A stretch of 62,987 nt of DNA, filler included, from Octopus bimaculoides (Eukaryota): NCBI RefSeq assembly GCF_001194135.2. It is 8 parts of 8 records of this genome, joined end to end, with 100 filler letters (N's around TTAATTAATTAA, not from the genome) between each part and the next. Parts side by side here need not be neighbours in the genome. Positions count along the whole stretch, not along the records: positions 38,803 to 50,782 come from NW_026439423.1; positions 50,883 to 55,568 come from NC_068987.1; 6 more parts are not named here. One strand, written 5' to 3'. The notes below the pieces were generated by a model. That model made no database searches. It was not told the DNA's origin and saw nothing but the letters and a program-made list of their open reading frames with translations. Every line of letters starts with the position of its first letter. Position 1 is the first letter of the stretch. Made by a program: the position numbers and the translations under genes. Below, one piece after another: positions 39,703 through 51,395 of this stretch.

Positions 39703-42700
39703 GTGGGAGGAGGGGGCGGGAATGCTTGCTGGAACGTCCCCAAGCCTGGGGGTGAGGCACGTGTCGGCATACGGGTAGAGGCAGGGTGCTGCTGTTGTTG
39801 GTGGTGGCGGGGGTGGTGGTGCAGGCCCGAAAGCCCAGCGGACGGATACGGAGAGGAAGGCATCCCCGGCAAGGGGCGTAGGAAATCCGGAAAATGACCA
39901 CCACCACCACCAGCACCATCGTTGCCACCATCACCTCCACCACTGGTGCCACCATCACCACTGCCCCCTCTCTCTGTCCGGAAATGAGAGGAGTTTTGAC
40001 CCCCATGCTCTTCCTGGGCCCGAGAGAGGGGTTGTTGAAGTTGAAGGTGGCCTTGACGGTATCCTTGAGGCTGAAGCTGAGGCTGACCTTTGGTGTGGCC
40101 TGGCCCATGACCATGAGATTGTGGACGGTCTCCCTTATAACCTGGAGTGAGCCCTACACCTGTTCCAAACTCCCTCCTGTGATGCTTCATGTTGCTGAAT
40201 CCAATACTATTAATTGAAATATTATTATTATCATTATTAATTATTCTTGTCTCCTCATTAGTGCTATTATCTCGTCGTAATGTATGCTCACCATGGCAAG
40301 GCTCACTTCCATCCCCTGGACCTCCCCTAACATTCTCGGGTCGGTACTGACCCCCTCGATGTCCCCCAATGTTCTCGGTCTTTGTCGTGTCATTAGCGCT
40401 CATAATTAAAGAATTGCTAATCTCCTCGTTAAACCCGGCAACACCCATCTCATCATTTCGGTGGTTTCTGCCATCTGCGTCAAAGACGCCAAATGACGGC
40501 GATCTTCCGGCGATGCCGGGCCCTTTTCCACCATCCGATAAAACATTAAACTGTCTTTTTGAACCCTTACTCCTAGATTCAGACCCCTGAAACGGTGTGT
40601 CAGTCAAGCCTAAGCTATTAGAGTTCCCAGTCTGTCTGTTCCACACCCTGCTGGAGTTCCCTCTATTCTGGTTGTAGCTGCCACCATGCTGGATACTCCC
40701 TGATCCATTTTTATGTCTGCGGCCATTTGGCCACATGTTATTGTTGTTGTTATGGTTACTGCTGTACTGGAGAAAGACCCTATCGTCAATATCTCTGTTT
40801 TCACCATGGTTACTGTAACCACCGTCGTCACCACCACCGTCGCCACCACTGTTGACAGTGTGGATGCTAATCTCACCGTCATCTCTCATTGACCCGTCAC
40901 CACCAATACCATCGTCATCTTTGTTGCTTGCCCCTTCCTTAAAGGTCTGGGCTGCTTTGGGTGAATTCCCTCCTTCAATACCTCGATGCCGATTGAATCT
41001 CATGCCATCGGCATTCCTATTATGCATTCTCTTCATCTCTGATGGTGCATATCTCTGCCTCTCATCGACGTCAAATGCTAATTGACAATCCTGCATGTCA
41101 TTGTTGACATGGCAGTCAAACCTCCCGTTACTGTTAGGCGATTTCCCTGCTCTGAAATTTGCAGGAGAACTGTCGATTTCCCTACAACTCCCAAAGCTAC
41201 CTGCACCAACACCAAACTTCCTACCACCCATGCTGTTTTCATCTTCACCTTTTTGACCGATTCTGCTGGCACTGGGGTCATGGTCACACCCAGACGACCT
41301 GGACCCTCTCTTCTCAGTGTCATTGATGTCAGTTGTTGTCAGTCTCTCATTACCGTCAAACGGACCCGTCGCACACCTTTCATCAACATCAAATCTACCA
41401 GCCAGACACCTTTCGTCAACATCTAGTCTACCTGCCTCATCAGCATTGACTCTACCTGCTTCACAATGCTTGTCATCGTCAGGACCAAATCTACTCGACG
41501 AATACTGCTTGTCTGCGCCAAACCTAACCCCTTCAGACCACCCATCGCTGCCAAATCTACTCACTTTGCACCTGCCTGATTCACACCTCACATCAGAACC
41601 GAATCTACCGCCAGCTTCATGGTTTCCATCAGTACTAAATCCACCTGTTTGACATTTCTCACTGGGGCCTAATCTACCTACATCCCTACCACCGACATCA
41701 AACCCACAACCCCTGCCGTCTGCGTTGCTGACCCTACCACAATTTTCACCATCCCGTTTTACAGAATTCATCAAAAAAACTTTCCTCTCGTCTGTGTCCC
41801 TTGGGCTGACAGACCACTCCTTGTCACCATGGTAACTCCTGCTTTTCCCTGCAGTTCCCTGATCCCCGCCTTTCCGGAATGTTCTTGTATCTGGTCCATA
41901 CGGATGAGGGGTCATATTTTGCCGTTTCCCACGGTGACGGGTCCCGTCCCCTTCATAGTCTCGTGTTTCTGATTTTGATGCATTCGTGGATAATGTCGTC
42001 GTCATCATCGTCAGCCGTCTGTTGTCATGGAAAGGGGGACAGGGGCTGCTGCGGTCATAATAATCCCGAGGCTGGGACCTAGTTATGTTGTTGCTGTGGG
42101 TGGAAGGGGACGAAACAGGGGCCCTTCTGTTCCCATGCGGATGAAAATCGTTATCCATATCTGGGTGATTATACAGCCTTTCGTTACTCTCCTGCAGAAA
42201 TCTCCCCTCACCCCGTACCTCTTCTTCACCGTCCCTTTCTCTGTCCCTGAAGGCTACAAACGGCTCCTCATTCGTCTTCCGTCGTTCGTACATGTCCCGA
42301 CGGTCTCCTGTCCATTTCCCATCCCGTCGGTCAAACATGCCCCTTCTTCCACATCCACCACCATCACCATCGTCATCATGATAATCGTAATTATAGTCAT
42401 CGTAGCCACCACCAAACCTGTCACGGCCACATGACTCTGGTGTCTCAGAGAACCTCTGGTCAATTCTATCACGTTCCGGCCCCTCTTCCTCCCTCTCCCA
42501 CCGTCTCCTCCTGCCACCACCATCACCTCCACTGCCACCGCCACCAGCATCGTACTCGGCCTCGTCCCAATGGCTCAAATCTGGATTCGACAAGTAAACA
42601 GTCTTCTCGTAGTTACCATCGGAACGGAAGCCTCCTTGATAGCCACGTCCTTGACCGCTATTACGATGGTCAAGACGACCACTAATCCAAACTCTGCGTT

Positions 42701-43497
42701 CACTGCCTGGTTGGCCTGAACCTCTGTCTTCGCAATTTCGACCTCTGACCTCCAATGACCTCATCAGGTCAACATCTGCATTTGCATACAATGACCTCGA
42801 CCTACCTGAATCATTTTCGTCCCAGAACCTCGAGCCATTCCAGTCATCACGATCATGACGGTGAAGGTCACGGTCAAAATCATCACCATGGTGATAGTAA
42901 TGGCCCCGCGATTGATGCCTTTCGCTGTTTCGCCTCTCCAGGAAATCCCTTCGATTGACACCACCACCACCAACATCATCTCCTCCGTCACCCTCATGGA
43001 AATCATAACAGGGGCTTCGTATTGATCTCGCTGACCGACGGTCAGTGGTGGTGGCCACGCCGGTAGATTGATTGTGGAGGCGCTGGCGGTCTCTAAGACT
43101 GTCAATGTAAGGCTCCGACATCCAGCTTGCAGAACGGGAACTTCGTGACCGGGAGGTGCTCCTCCTATCAGCAGAGTCACAGCTCCCATCATCAATGCCG
43201 CCGTCGACGCCCCTGTGCCTCATCCTAGAAGATTCTGATGCACGAGTATTCCGTTCATGGTCGTGGGGTGTGCCCCTCTTAATACAGTCACTGGTCCTAC
43301 TGCTATCCCCTCTGTGTCTGACACGACCGGACCCCGTCAAACTTTTCTGAGGGGTTGTTCGGTTGAAGTCCCTACTTTTAGACGTCCTGGTGTTTGTTGA
43401 CCTGGCTGGCAGCACGTCTTTCTCTTTTCCATTGTCGGTTTCATGGCACTTCTCCTGCGACCCCTTCTGTGTGGTTTGATAGGCATCTTCGTAATCC
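39703..43497 (-). CDS. RRM gene exon 9: at least 3.8 kb, R/G/D/S-rich low-complexity region ending in a Q/P-rich tract; its 3' end lies in an N gap
   Basis: acctttgtag acceptor (AA+G=Lys); stop-free for about 1,264 codons; runs into gap 39300-39702 at PPPPP. Confidence 0.9.
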
Positions 43498-43674
43498 CTA
43501 CAAAGGTAAAAAAAAACAGAAAAAAAAAAAAAATAGGGATCACAACAATGAGATTTTATTATTTTTTTTATAAAGAAACAAAAGTGGGTTTTTAAGAAAA
43601 ATCTCTTTGTAGGTGCAGTGATGTTTGTGCATATGTGTGTGTGGGGTTGTGGGAGTGTATACATACATATATAC

Positions 43675-44103
43675 AGGGAGAGAGAGAGAGAAAGAGAGAC
43701 AGAACAAGACAGAGAGAGAGAGAGGGAAAGAGCAAGAGAGAGAGAGAGAAAGGAAGAGAGAAAGAGAGATAGAACAAGACAGAGAGAGAGAGGGAAAGAG
43801 CAAGAGAGAGAGAGAGGGAGAAAGGAAGAGAGAAAGAAAGACAGAACAAGACAGAGAGAGGGGGAGAGAGCAAGAGAGAGAGGGAGAGAGAGAGAAAGAG
43901 AGACAGAACAAGACAGAGAGAGAGGGAGAGAGCAAGGGAGGGAGAGAGAGAGACAGAACAAGACAGAGAGAGGGGGAGAGAGCAAGAGAGAGAGATACAA
44001 CATGATAGAGAGAGGGCAAGAGAGAGAGAGAGCAAAAGAGAGAACAGGTGAGAGAGAGTACGAGGGGGAGAGAGCAAGACAAAGCAAATAAGAGAGAGAG
44101 AGA
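43675..44103. repeat. GA-rich minisatellite with recurring agaacaagacagagagag unit
   Basis: Five agaacaagacagagagag copies between about 43700 and 43970. Confidence 0.85.
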
Positions 44104-44108
44104 CTTAC

Positions 44109-44381
44109 TTGGCAAATTGCGAGAGAGCAGCTAACATATCTAATTTATTCAGAAGATTGGAAACGGAGTCTGTGACGCTGCCGTCCTCTTTTTGGGTGGT
44201 GCCGTCCTGACCCTGCTGCGCGTCGGCATGACGATGACCTTTAGGAGTGTCGCTCGACGAGGGCGCCGCCGCCGTCGTCTCCCGACTCGTTTTCGAGTGG
44301 CCCCTACCGCTGCAGCTGGCGTGCGTCGATGACTCATAAGTCGTTTTCATGCGTTTGCTTGGGCAGTCCCTGTGCGGAGAT
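44109..44381 (-). CDS. RRM gene exon 8 (RSPHRDCPSKRMK...SNLLNKLDMLAALSQFAK)
   Basis: tccttcttccag acceptor, AA|GTAAGT donor, 273 bp, phase 2 to 2; ends in a probable short helix. Confidence 0.9.
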
Positions 44382-44519
44382 CTGGAAGAAGGACAAGGAA
44401 TGAACATCGCAACATCTGTCCGGTTTTAGATTGGAGGCACGAGCTCGCGATTGTGTCGCCACAGTCACGCAACATGTTCCGAATGGCATAACAACAACAC
44501 AATACATTCAAGTGTATGA

Positions 44520-44705
44520 CCACAACCACCCTATTGACCCCCCCCTCCTCCACGCGTACATAACTGGTACTTGGTTTATTGACCCCCGAAAGGATGGAGG
44601 TCAAAGTTGACCTCAGCGGAAATTGAACTCAGAACGTAGCAATGGGGGAAATACCACTAAGCACTTTACCTGGCATTCTAACAATTCTGCTAGCTTGCTG
44701 CCTAA
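44520..44705 (-). mobile_element. SINE family A in an RRM gene intron
   Basis: A core and head in reverse. Confidence 0.75.
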
Positions 44706-44813
44706 ATAATAATAATGATAATAATAATAATAATGATAATAATAATAATGATAATAATAATAATGATAATAATAATAATGATGATAATAATAATGATGAT
44801 GATGATGATGATG

Positions 44814-44845
<32 letters not shown>

Positions 44846-45017
44846 AATAATGATAATAATAATAATGATAATGATAATAATAATAATGATGATGATAATA
44901 ATAATAATGATGATGATGATGATGATGATGATAATAATAATAATAATGATAATAATAATAATAATGATAATGATAATAATAATAATGATGATGATGATGA
45001 TGATGATAATAATAATA

Positions 45018-45067
<50 letters not shown>

Positions 45068-45191
45068 AATAATAATAATGATAATAATAATGATAATAAT
45101 AATAATAATAATGATAATAATAATGATAATAATAATAATAATAATGATAATAATAATGATAATAATAATAATAATGATAATAATAATAATG

Positions 45192-45258
<67 letters not shown>

Positions 45259-45292
45259 TAATAATAATAATAATAATGATAATAATAATAAT
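44705..45292. repeat. Compound (AAT)n/(GAT)n microsatellite, about 590 bp
   Basis: Direct reading; lies between the donor at 45382 and the acceptor at 44382. Confidence 0.95.
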
Positions 45293-45382
45293 CCTTTCTC
45301 CTCTAGATTTTGCCTGTTTCATTTCTTTCCAAAAACCCTCACACACCTATCTACACTACCCCACACAACATAAATCACTCAC

Positions 45383-46044
45383 CTGTCTCTAACGGGCTTA
45401 CTGGTGCTACTCTCGGCCCTGTCCGTCTTGCTGATAACTGAGTTCGATCTGTGTGTCATCGACGATTCCCGGCGGGAAGACGTGCCTCTCTCTTTGCTCG
45501 TTGGCGGCACCTTATGGTTTGCTTTCGCTTCCGTTTGGTTCTGGCTTGAGTCTGCCGACTTCTGGTTGGTCTTGGAATCTTTCTGACTCAGACTTACCCC
45601 CTCCGACGCTGATGACCTCTGGGTCACCTTTGCCTCTTTCTGATTTCGACCAAGCGCCGAAGACGACGATGACTGGTTTGCTTTGGCTTCTTTCTGTGTC
45701 CGACGCACAGCTGGCCCCGACGCCAGGTGTGTCTTCGAATCTTTCTGATTTTGACTGACCGCGGTCGCAGCCGTCCTCTTCTTCTGCTGCTGCTGTGACT
45801 GGACAGAGCTTTTGGCCTCGACACGAGACTTCTCCACCACATCACCATCGCCATCTGGATCATGAACAGCCGAGCTGTCTGCATCGTTGTCATCACAATC
45901 ATTGCTCTCGGCGTCGGCACCGTCTCTGTACTCTGCGTTCCTACCGGCCCCACGACGTCGACCGCTTCGTAGGTTGCTGTAGTGATGAGAACCAGGTTTT
46001 TTCCACTGGAAACTTCTACTGCTTTTCCCGAACGCTTGTGGGAG
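45383..46044 (-). CDS. RRM gene exon 7: S/K/Q/D-rich disordered region
   Basis: tttttgcag acceptor, AG|GTGAGT donor, 662 bp, phase 0 to 2; GC-rich open frame. Confidence 0.9.
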
Positions 46045-46144
46045 CTGCAAAAATATACACATATAACAATATATATATATGCATGTATGTATACGTCTAT
46101 GTATATACGTATGTATATGTCTGTATGTACATATGTGTGTGTGT

Positions 46145-46254
46145 TATTTCTTTACTACCCACAAGGGGCTACACACAGAGGGGACAAACAAGGACAGACA
46201 AACGGATTAAGTCGATTATACCGACCCCAGTGTGTAACTGGTACTTATTTATGT

Positions 46255-46302
<48 letters not shown>

Positions 46303-46680
46303 NNNNNNNNNNNNNNNNNNNNNNNNNNNNNNNNNNNNNNNNNNNNNNNNNNNNNNNNNNNNNNNNNNNNNNNNNNNNNNNNNNNNNNNNNNNNNNNNNN
46401 NNNNNNNNNNNNNNNNNNNTACATATGTGTGTGTGTTATTTCTTTACTACCCACAAGGGGCTACACACAGAGGGGACAAACAAGGACAGACAAACGGATT
46501 AAGTCGATTATACCGACCCCAGTGTGTAACTGGTACTTAATTTATCGACCCTGAAAGGATGAAAGGCAAAGTCGACCACGGTGGAATTTGAACTCAGAAC
46601 ATAAACACAGACGAAATAGTTATTTCTTTATTGCCCACAAGGGGCTAAACAAAGAGGGGACAAACAAGGACAGACCTGGG
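46145..46680 (-). mobile_element. SINE A with the alternative tail, partly duplicated across a gap
   Basis: cccacaaggggctacacacagaggggacaaacaaggac at 46158 and 46450. Confidence 0.8.
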
Positions 46681-46872
46681 GTTAAACAACAACAACAGTA
46701 GCTATAACCACTAATACTAAGTACTATACTATACATTATATAATGTAGTCCTAGATACACTATGCCTGAGTGAAAGATGGGATGGTCACAGTTGGAGCAT
46801 CTTTAATCATAAGTCTACTGGATCATTACTGACCTGGGGTTAAACATCAACAACAACAACGACTGTACATAC

Positions 46873-47144
46873 CCCAAGAAGGTTAGCCTGGGTGCTGTTC
46901 CCAGACAGAAGTTGGTCCCGTGGAGACGTGACCAAACTGTTTGCCAAACTGTTATCTTCCTGGTGCTGGGAACCTGATGCCGAATGTCTTTTGTGGCTGT
47001 GATAGATGCCACCACTGCTGCTGTTGGGGTTTGATCTCTCGCTGCCAAATCCTGGCTTGCGTGCGTACGACGATTGGTAACCTTTTCCCTTCCTGGTCAA
47101 AGAATAACGCCCGACATTCTGCACTGGGCTCCGATCATTATTGG
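46873..47144 (-). CDS. RRM gene exon 6: S/G/R-rich disordered linker (NNDRSPVQNVGRY...QANLLG)
   Basis: gttgtattgcag acceptor, GGG|GTATGT donor, 272 bp, phase 1 to 0, open frame. Confidence 0.85.
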
Positions 47145-47226
47145 CTGCAATACAACAACACAGGACTGCATTGATCGAAATACAGCTCGTTTGCATAACT
47201 GAACTCTTTTCTTATCATGTTTAGTA

Positions 47227-47560
47227 AAATAACTTTGCCATTATCAAGCGGGTATTTGGAGCATAAATTAACATAAATTAACACAAAGTTTTGATTGAAA
47301 GTTTTAATTTAGATCACTTTAACCCTTTTCTTAGCATGTTTCTGTTGAAATATAGTCTTTGTTTCAATTAATTTTTGGAAATAATGAAGAATTTTGTTAA
47401 ATAGCTTTGTCATTATTAATCTAGTATTTGGAACATAAATTAACATATATTAAACATAAATTAACATAAAATTTTGATTGAAAGTTTTAATTTAGATCAC
47501 TTTAAGCCTTTTGTTACCATATTTCTGTTAAAATACACTGACTTTGTTGCAATTAATTTG
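47227..47560. repeat. Two tandem copies of an AT-rich unit of about 180 bp
   Basis: cataaattaac..ttttgattgaaagttttaatttagatcactttaa occurs twice. Confidence 0.75.
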
Positions 47561-47732
47561 GATGTTTTATAGGAATATGAAATCTACCCCAGTATTTCAT
47601 TGCTACTTTATTTTATCAACCCCACAACAATGAAAGGTATAGTCCATGGCCTTAGATTTGACATAAGACATAAAAAAAAGGGAGAAAAAAAACAAGAAAA
47701 GAATGAAAATGAAGAAAAGGAGGTAATCATAC

Positions 47733-47917
47733 TTGTATTCCTTCGGTAATCCTTTGCAGGGACAACNNNNNNNNNNNNNNNNNNNNNNNNNNNNNNNNNN
47801 NNNNNNNNNNNNNNNNNNNNNNNNNNNNNNNNNNNNNNNNNNNNNNNTCGAAGTGTTTTGGTTTTGAGGAGTTCTATTTGGGCATCTTTTGCAGATCGGT
47901 ATTCTGCAACGGCCGTG
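47733..47917 (-). CDS. RRM gene exon 5: RRM2 C-half (TAVAEYRSAKDAQIELLKTKTLR...VVPAKDYRRNT), interrupted by an 81-N gap
   Basis: ttcttccctgcag acceptor, ACAA|GTATGA donor, phase 2 to 1; aligns with exon 3 (TA[IV]xE[FY]...D...KTL). Confidence 0.85.
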
Positions 47918-48639
47918 CTGCAGGGAAGAAGAAGAAGAGCGAAATCAGAAGAGGTGAGCGGGGCCCCCCCAAAAAAGAAAAAAAGAACAAAAAAAAAACC
48001 CAACCTTTTAGATATATAGGTGCAGGCATCGTGTGTTCGCATTATTCTGCCAAAATTAATGCTTTTTCATCCACATTGTTTTGAACTAATCATGCATTAT
48101 CTTTTGATGAGGTAGCTGTTAATTTTAAAAGCCATATTGTAGGGTTGGTGTGAGAGACCAGATCCGGCCAGTTTGAACACAAAATAGGTAGAATACTTTT
48201 GGCCGGAAATGGCCGGTTTAAATGCTAAAGGGTTAATGTTAGCCGATACCCTATTTAACACTAAGTTAATAGTTTAAAGTTTAACATTTTAGTTTAAACC
48301 AAAACTTCGATAAGATTAGTGTTGTATTTATTTCCAGTAATATTGTTTAATATTAATAGTTATTGCCAAGCCAACATGGCAGTCCCAAAATTAGGACGAA
48401 TGCTGCCGTGGATTAGCTCCAAGAGGCCATCGTCTCTAGCTAGCTATGTGACACACGAAACCTGTGTCCTTTATAACCTTCGAACAGGGGAGGTAAGCAG
48501 CTTCCCCTTGCTGGTTTGGCATCTGCTGACTAGACTAGTTTTAGGGTGTTGCCCCTTGTCAATGCAAAGCAGCCGAGAGCCCAGCATGGATAAATAAGTA
48601 TTTTTTTGTATAGATTTCTGGATAAAGAATTGTGTACCT

Positions 48640-48727
48640 GTAGTCTTATGCCTGAATAAATGACAGGATGGTAATAGGTTTATCTGGATCAGGACTGACC
48701 TGGGGTTAAACAACAACAACAACAACA
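48640..48727 (+). mobile_element. Retroposon 3' end family E (other copies about 46760-46860, 61250-61350, and minus 32760-32860)
   Basis: Shared ctggatc...gacctggggttaaac(aac)n terminus. Confidence 0.6.
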
Positions 48728-48747
48728 AAGTCAAAAGTCTTACTTAC

Positions 48748-48859
48748 AATCCATCCACCCTGCGAATGCCTTTAGCCCCAGGGAAGAGGACATCCAAATA
48801 CTCGGTGGTGGTCCAATGAGGAATGTTCTCAATGTAGAGCTGGCGAGATTCCAATGGAT
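48748..48859 (-). CDS. RRM gene exon 4: RRM2 N-half (DPLESRQLYIENIPHWTTTEYLDVLFPGAKGIRRVDGF)
   Basis: acatttcag acceptor, TT|GTAAGT donor, 112 bp, phase 1 to 2; RNP2 LYIENI; helix-LFPGA pattern like nucleolin-type RRMs. Confidence 0.9.
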
Positions 48860-49017
48860 CTGAAATGTTGAAATAATAATAATAATAATAGTAATTTTTT
48901 TCTACTTATAGGCGCAAGGCCTGAAATTTGAGAGGAAGGGACTGAACCCAGAACCATAACACAGTGGGATTGAACCAGGAACCATGTGAAGTGGCAGAAC
49001 TCTTTCAGTTGGACACA

Positions 49018-49340
49018 TGTTGGCACTCCGTCACTTACGACATCGAGGGTTCCAGTTGATCCGATCAACGGAACAGCCTGCTCGTGAAATTAACGTGCAA
49101 GTGGCTGAGCACTCCACAGACATGTGTACCCTTAACGTAGTTCTCGGGGATATTCAGCGTGACACAGTGCGACAAGGCTGACCCTTTGAATTACAGGCAC
49201 AACAGAAACAGGAAGTAAGAGTGAGAGAAAGTTGTGGTGAAAGAGTACAGCAGGGTTCGCCACCATCCCCTGCCGGAGCCTCGTGGAGCTTTAGGTGTTT
49301 TCGCTCAATAAACACTCACAACACCCGGTCTGGGAATCGA
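49018..49340 (-). mobile_element. SINE family C
   Basis: Reverse complement of C body and tail. Confidence 0.85.
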
Positions 49341-49643
49341 NNNNNNNNNNNNNNNNNNNNNNNNNNNNNNNNNNNNNNNNNNNNNNNNNNNNNNNNNNNN
49401 NNNNNNNNNNNNNNNNNNNNNNNNNNNNNNNNNNNNNNNNNNNNNNNNNNNNNNNNNNNNNNNNNNNNNNNNNNNNNNNNNNNNNNNNNNNNGTTGGATA
49501 CAACTAACAAAGAAAGACATATTTGAAGTGGGATCCCTTATAACAACAGCAAAAAAAAAAACATTATCTAAAAATAGTGGCCCCCATTCTAAGAAACGAT
49601 ACAGAAAAACAAAAAAAAAAAATGAGGGGTCAGCCATCATTAC

Positions 49644-49783
49644 CTTTATTTGATGTGCCTTCATTCTTGGAAGAACATCCTTCGATAGTAAGGACCTTGT
49701 CTTCAACCATGAGGGTCTTGTCTTTATGGATGTAAGCCGCCACATCTCGGACACAGTTGAACTCCACAATGGCTGTCGTTGAA
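49644..49783 (-). CDS. RRM gene exon 3: RRM1 C-half (STTAIVEFNCVRDVAAYIHKDKTLMVEDKVLTIEGCSSKNEGTSNK)
   Basis: ctctttccag acceptor, AAG|GTAATG donor, 140 bp, phase 2 to 1; RNP1-like TAIVEF. Confidence 0.85.
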
Positions 49784-50389
49784 CTGGAAAGAGGAAACAG
49801 AAAAAAATGGGGAAAAAAGGCACCTTGGATAACATTGGGGAGGCATGGGCAACTGCTGGTCTTCCATAAGCAACTTTGCCCGGACCTGTGACATGGAAGG
49901 GGACTTTCTAGGGGCAATCCCTTGGTCATTCATGACTTTACTCTTTTACTTTATATGTAGTGTGTGTGTGTCTGTGTGTGTTTATGTTTGTGTGTGTATG
50001 TTTGTGTGTGTGTATGTTTCTGTGTATGCATATGTGTGTATGTGTTTGTTTATGTATGTGTGAGTGTGTGTGCTTATGTTTGTGTGTGTATGTCTGTGTA
50101 TCGGCATATATGTGTGTATGTCTTTATGTGTGTGTGTGTGTGTTTGTGCGAGTGTGTGTATGTGCGTGTTTCTGTGTGAGTGTGTGTGCTTCTGTGTGTG
50201 CGTGTGTATGTGTGTGGGTATATGTGTTTGTGTGTGTATGTGTGAGTGTGTGTGCTTATGTTTGTGTGTTTGTGTGTGTGTATGTTTGTGTATCTGCATA
50301 TGTGTGTGTGTGTTGGAGAACATAGTACATAACACAGAGGGTAGCACTGTCCCTCAAATGGAAACTGAGCCCCCTTGTTAAACACTTAC

Positions 50390-50489
50390 TGTGGGGCCCT
50401 GATGACGCTAGTCGACTCCTTGAAGAGAAACCGCAGCACATCGTTGGATATATTCTCTGGCAAGTTGGACACTTTTATCGAGCGAACAT
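50390..50489 (-). CDS. RRM gene exon 2: RRM1 N-half (DVRSIKVSNLPENISNDVLRFLFKESTSVIRAPH)
   Basis: ttttttacag acceptor, CA|GTAAGT donor, 100 bp, phase 1 to 2; RNP2-like IKVSNL plus helix 1. Confidence 0.85.
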
Positions 50490-50702
50490 CTGTAAAAAAC
50501 AAAAAAATAAAGAACAGAAATACAAGGCAGTGCCCCAGCATGGCCGTAGTCTAAAGGTTGAAATGGGTAAAAAATAAAATGCATATTCACGTTCATCCCA
50601 AAGGTACATAAGTACACACTCATATATATAGATATACACACACATATACATACATACGTATACACACACGTACACAAAGTTATAGATATGTACATATAAT
50701 TA

Positions 50703-50772
<70 letters not shown>

Positions 50773-51203
50773 ATTTATATAGNNNNNNNNNNNNNNNNNN
50801 NNNNNNNNNNNNNNNNNNNNNNNNNNTTAATTAATTAANNNNNNNNNNNNNNNNNNNNNNNNNNNNNNNNNNNNNNNNNNNNATACATACATACATACAT
50901 ACATACACACAAACACACACACAAACACACACACACACACACGCGCGTGCATATATGTATATATACATACATACACACTTATATATGCATATATAAATAC
51001 ACACATATATACGTGCATCTTCCCTCTGTGTATGCGTGTGTGTCGGAAGGTCGTAAATTCATTGACAGCTGCTCCTGACAAATGAAAGTTAACTGTTTTC
51101 TCTCATTCATCTAATTAAACAAGGCAAAAAAAATCAGGTAAGTGGTCAGTGACAGCCACGTCATCTACTCTGAGAAAAATAACCAAACATCTTTTCCCGC
51201 TCA

Positions 51204-51395
51204 TCTATATATATAAAAGTGAGACTGTCTATCTGTCTGTCTGTCTATGTGTGCATCACTAAAACTCGAGAACAAACCAACCGATTTCATTCAAATTCTA
51301 CACATACACTACTAAGGGTGCATGGAGTGTCATGGGTCCCCCCGCCAAAAAAGATTTCAACTTCCTGCCCATGCAAGCCCGGGCAATCTCTTAGA
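51204..51395 (+). mobile_element. Non-autonomous Helitron-like element
   Basis: 5' a|TCTATATATATAAAAG, (CTGT)n, aaccgattt..ttcaaatt body, 3' GCAAGCCCGGGCAA..cttag; layout resembles Lep1/DINE-type Helitron MITEs. Confidence 0.55.

Noticed and set aside
38919-44087. 1722-aa ORF as a single-exon gene
   Set aside because: Its first ~197 codons are a CT-repeat intron and its end crosses an N gap. The real exon starts at the acceptor at 43497.
44642-45392. Poly-Asn/Asp, poly-Ile and poly-Met ORFs
   Set aside because: Translations of an intronic AAT/GAT microsatellite.
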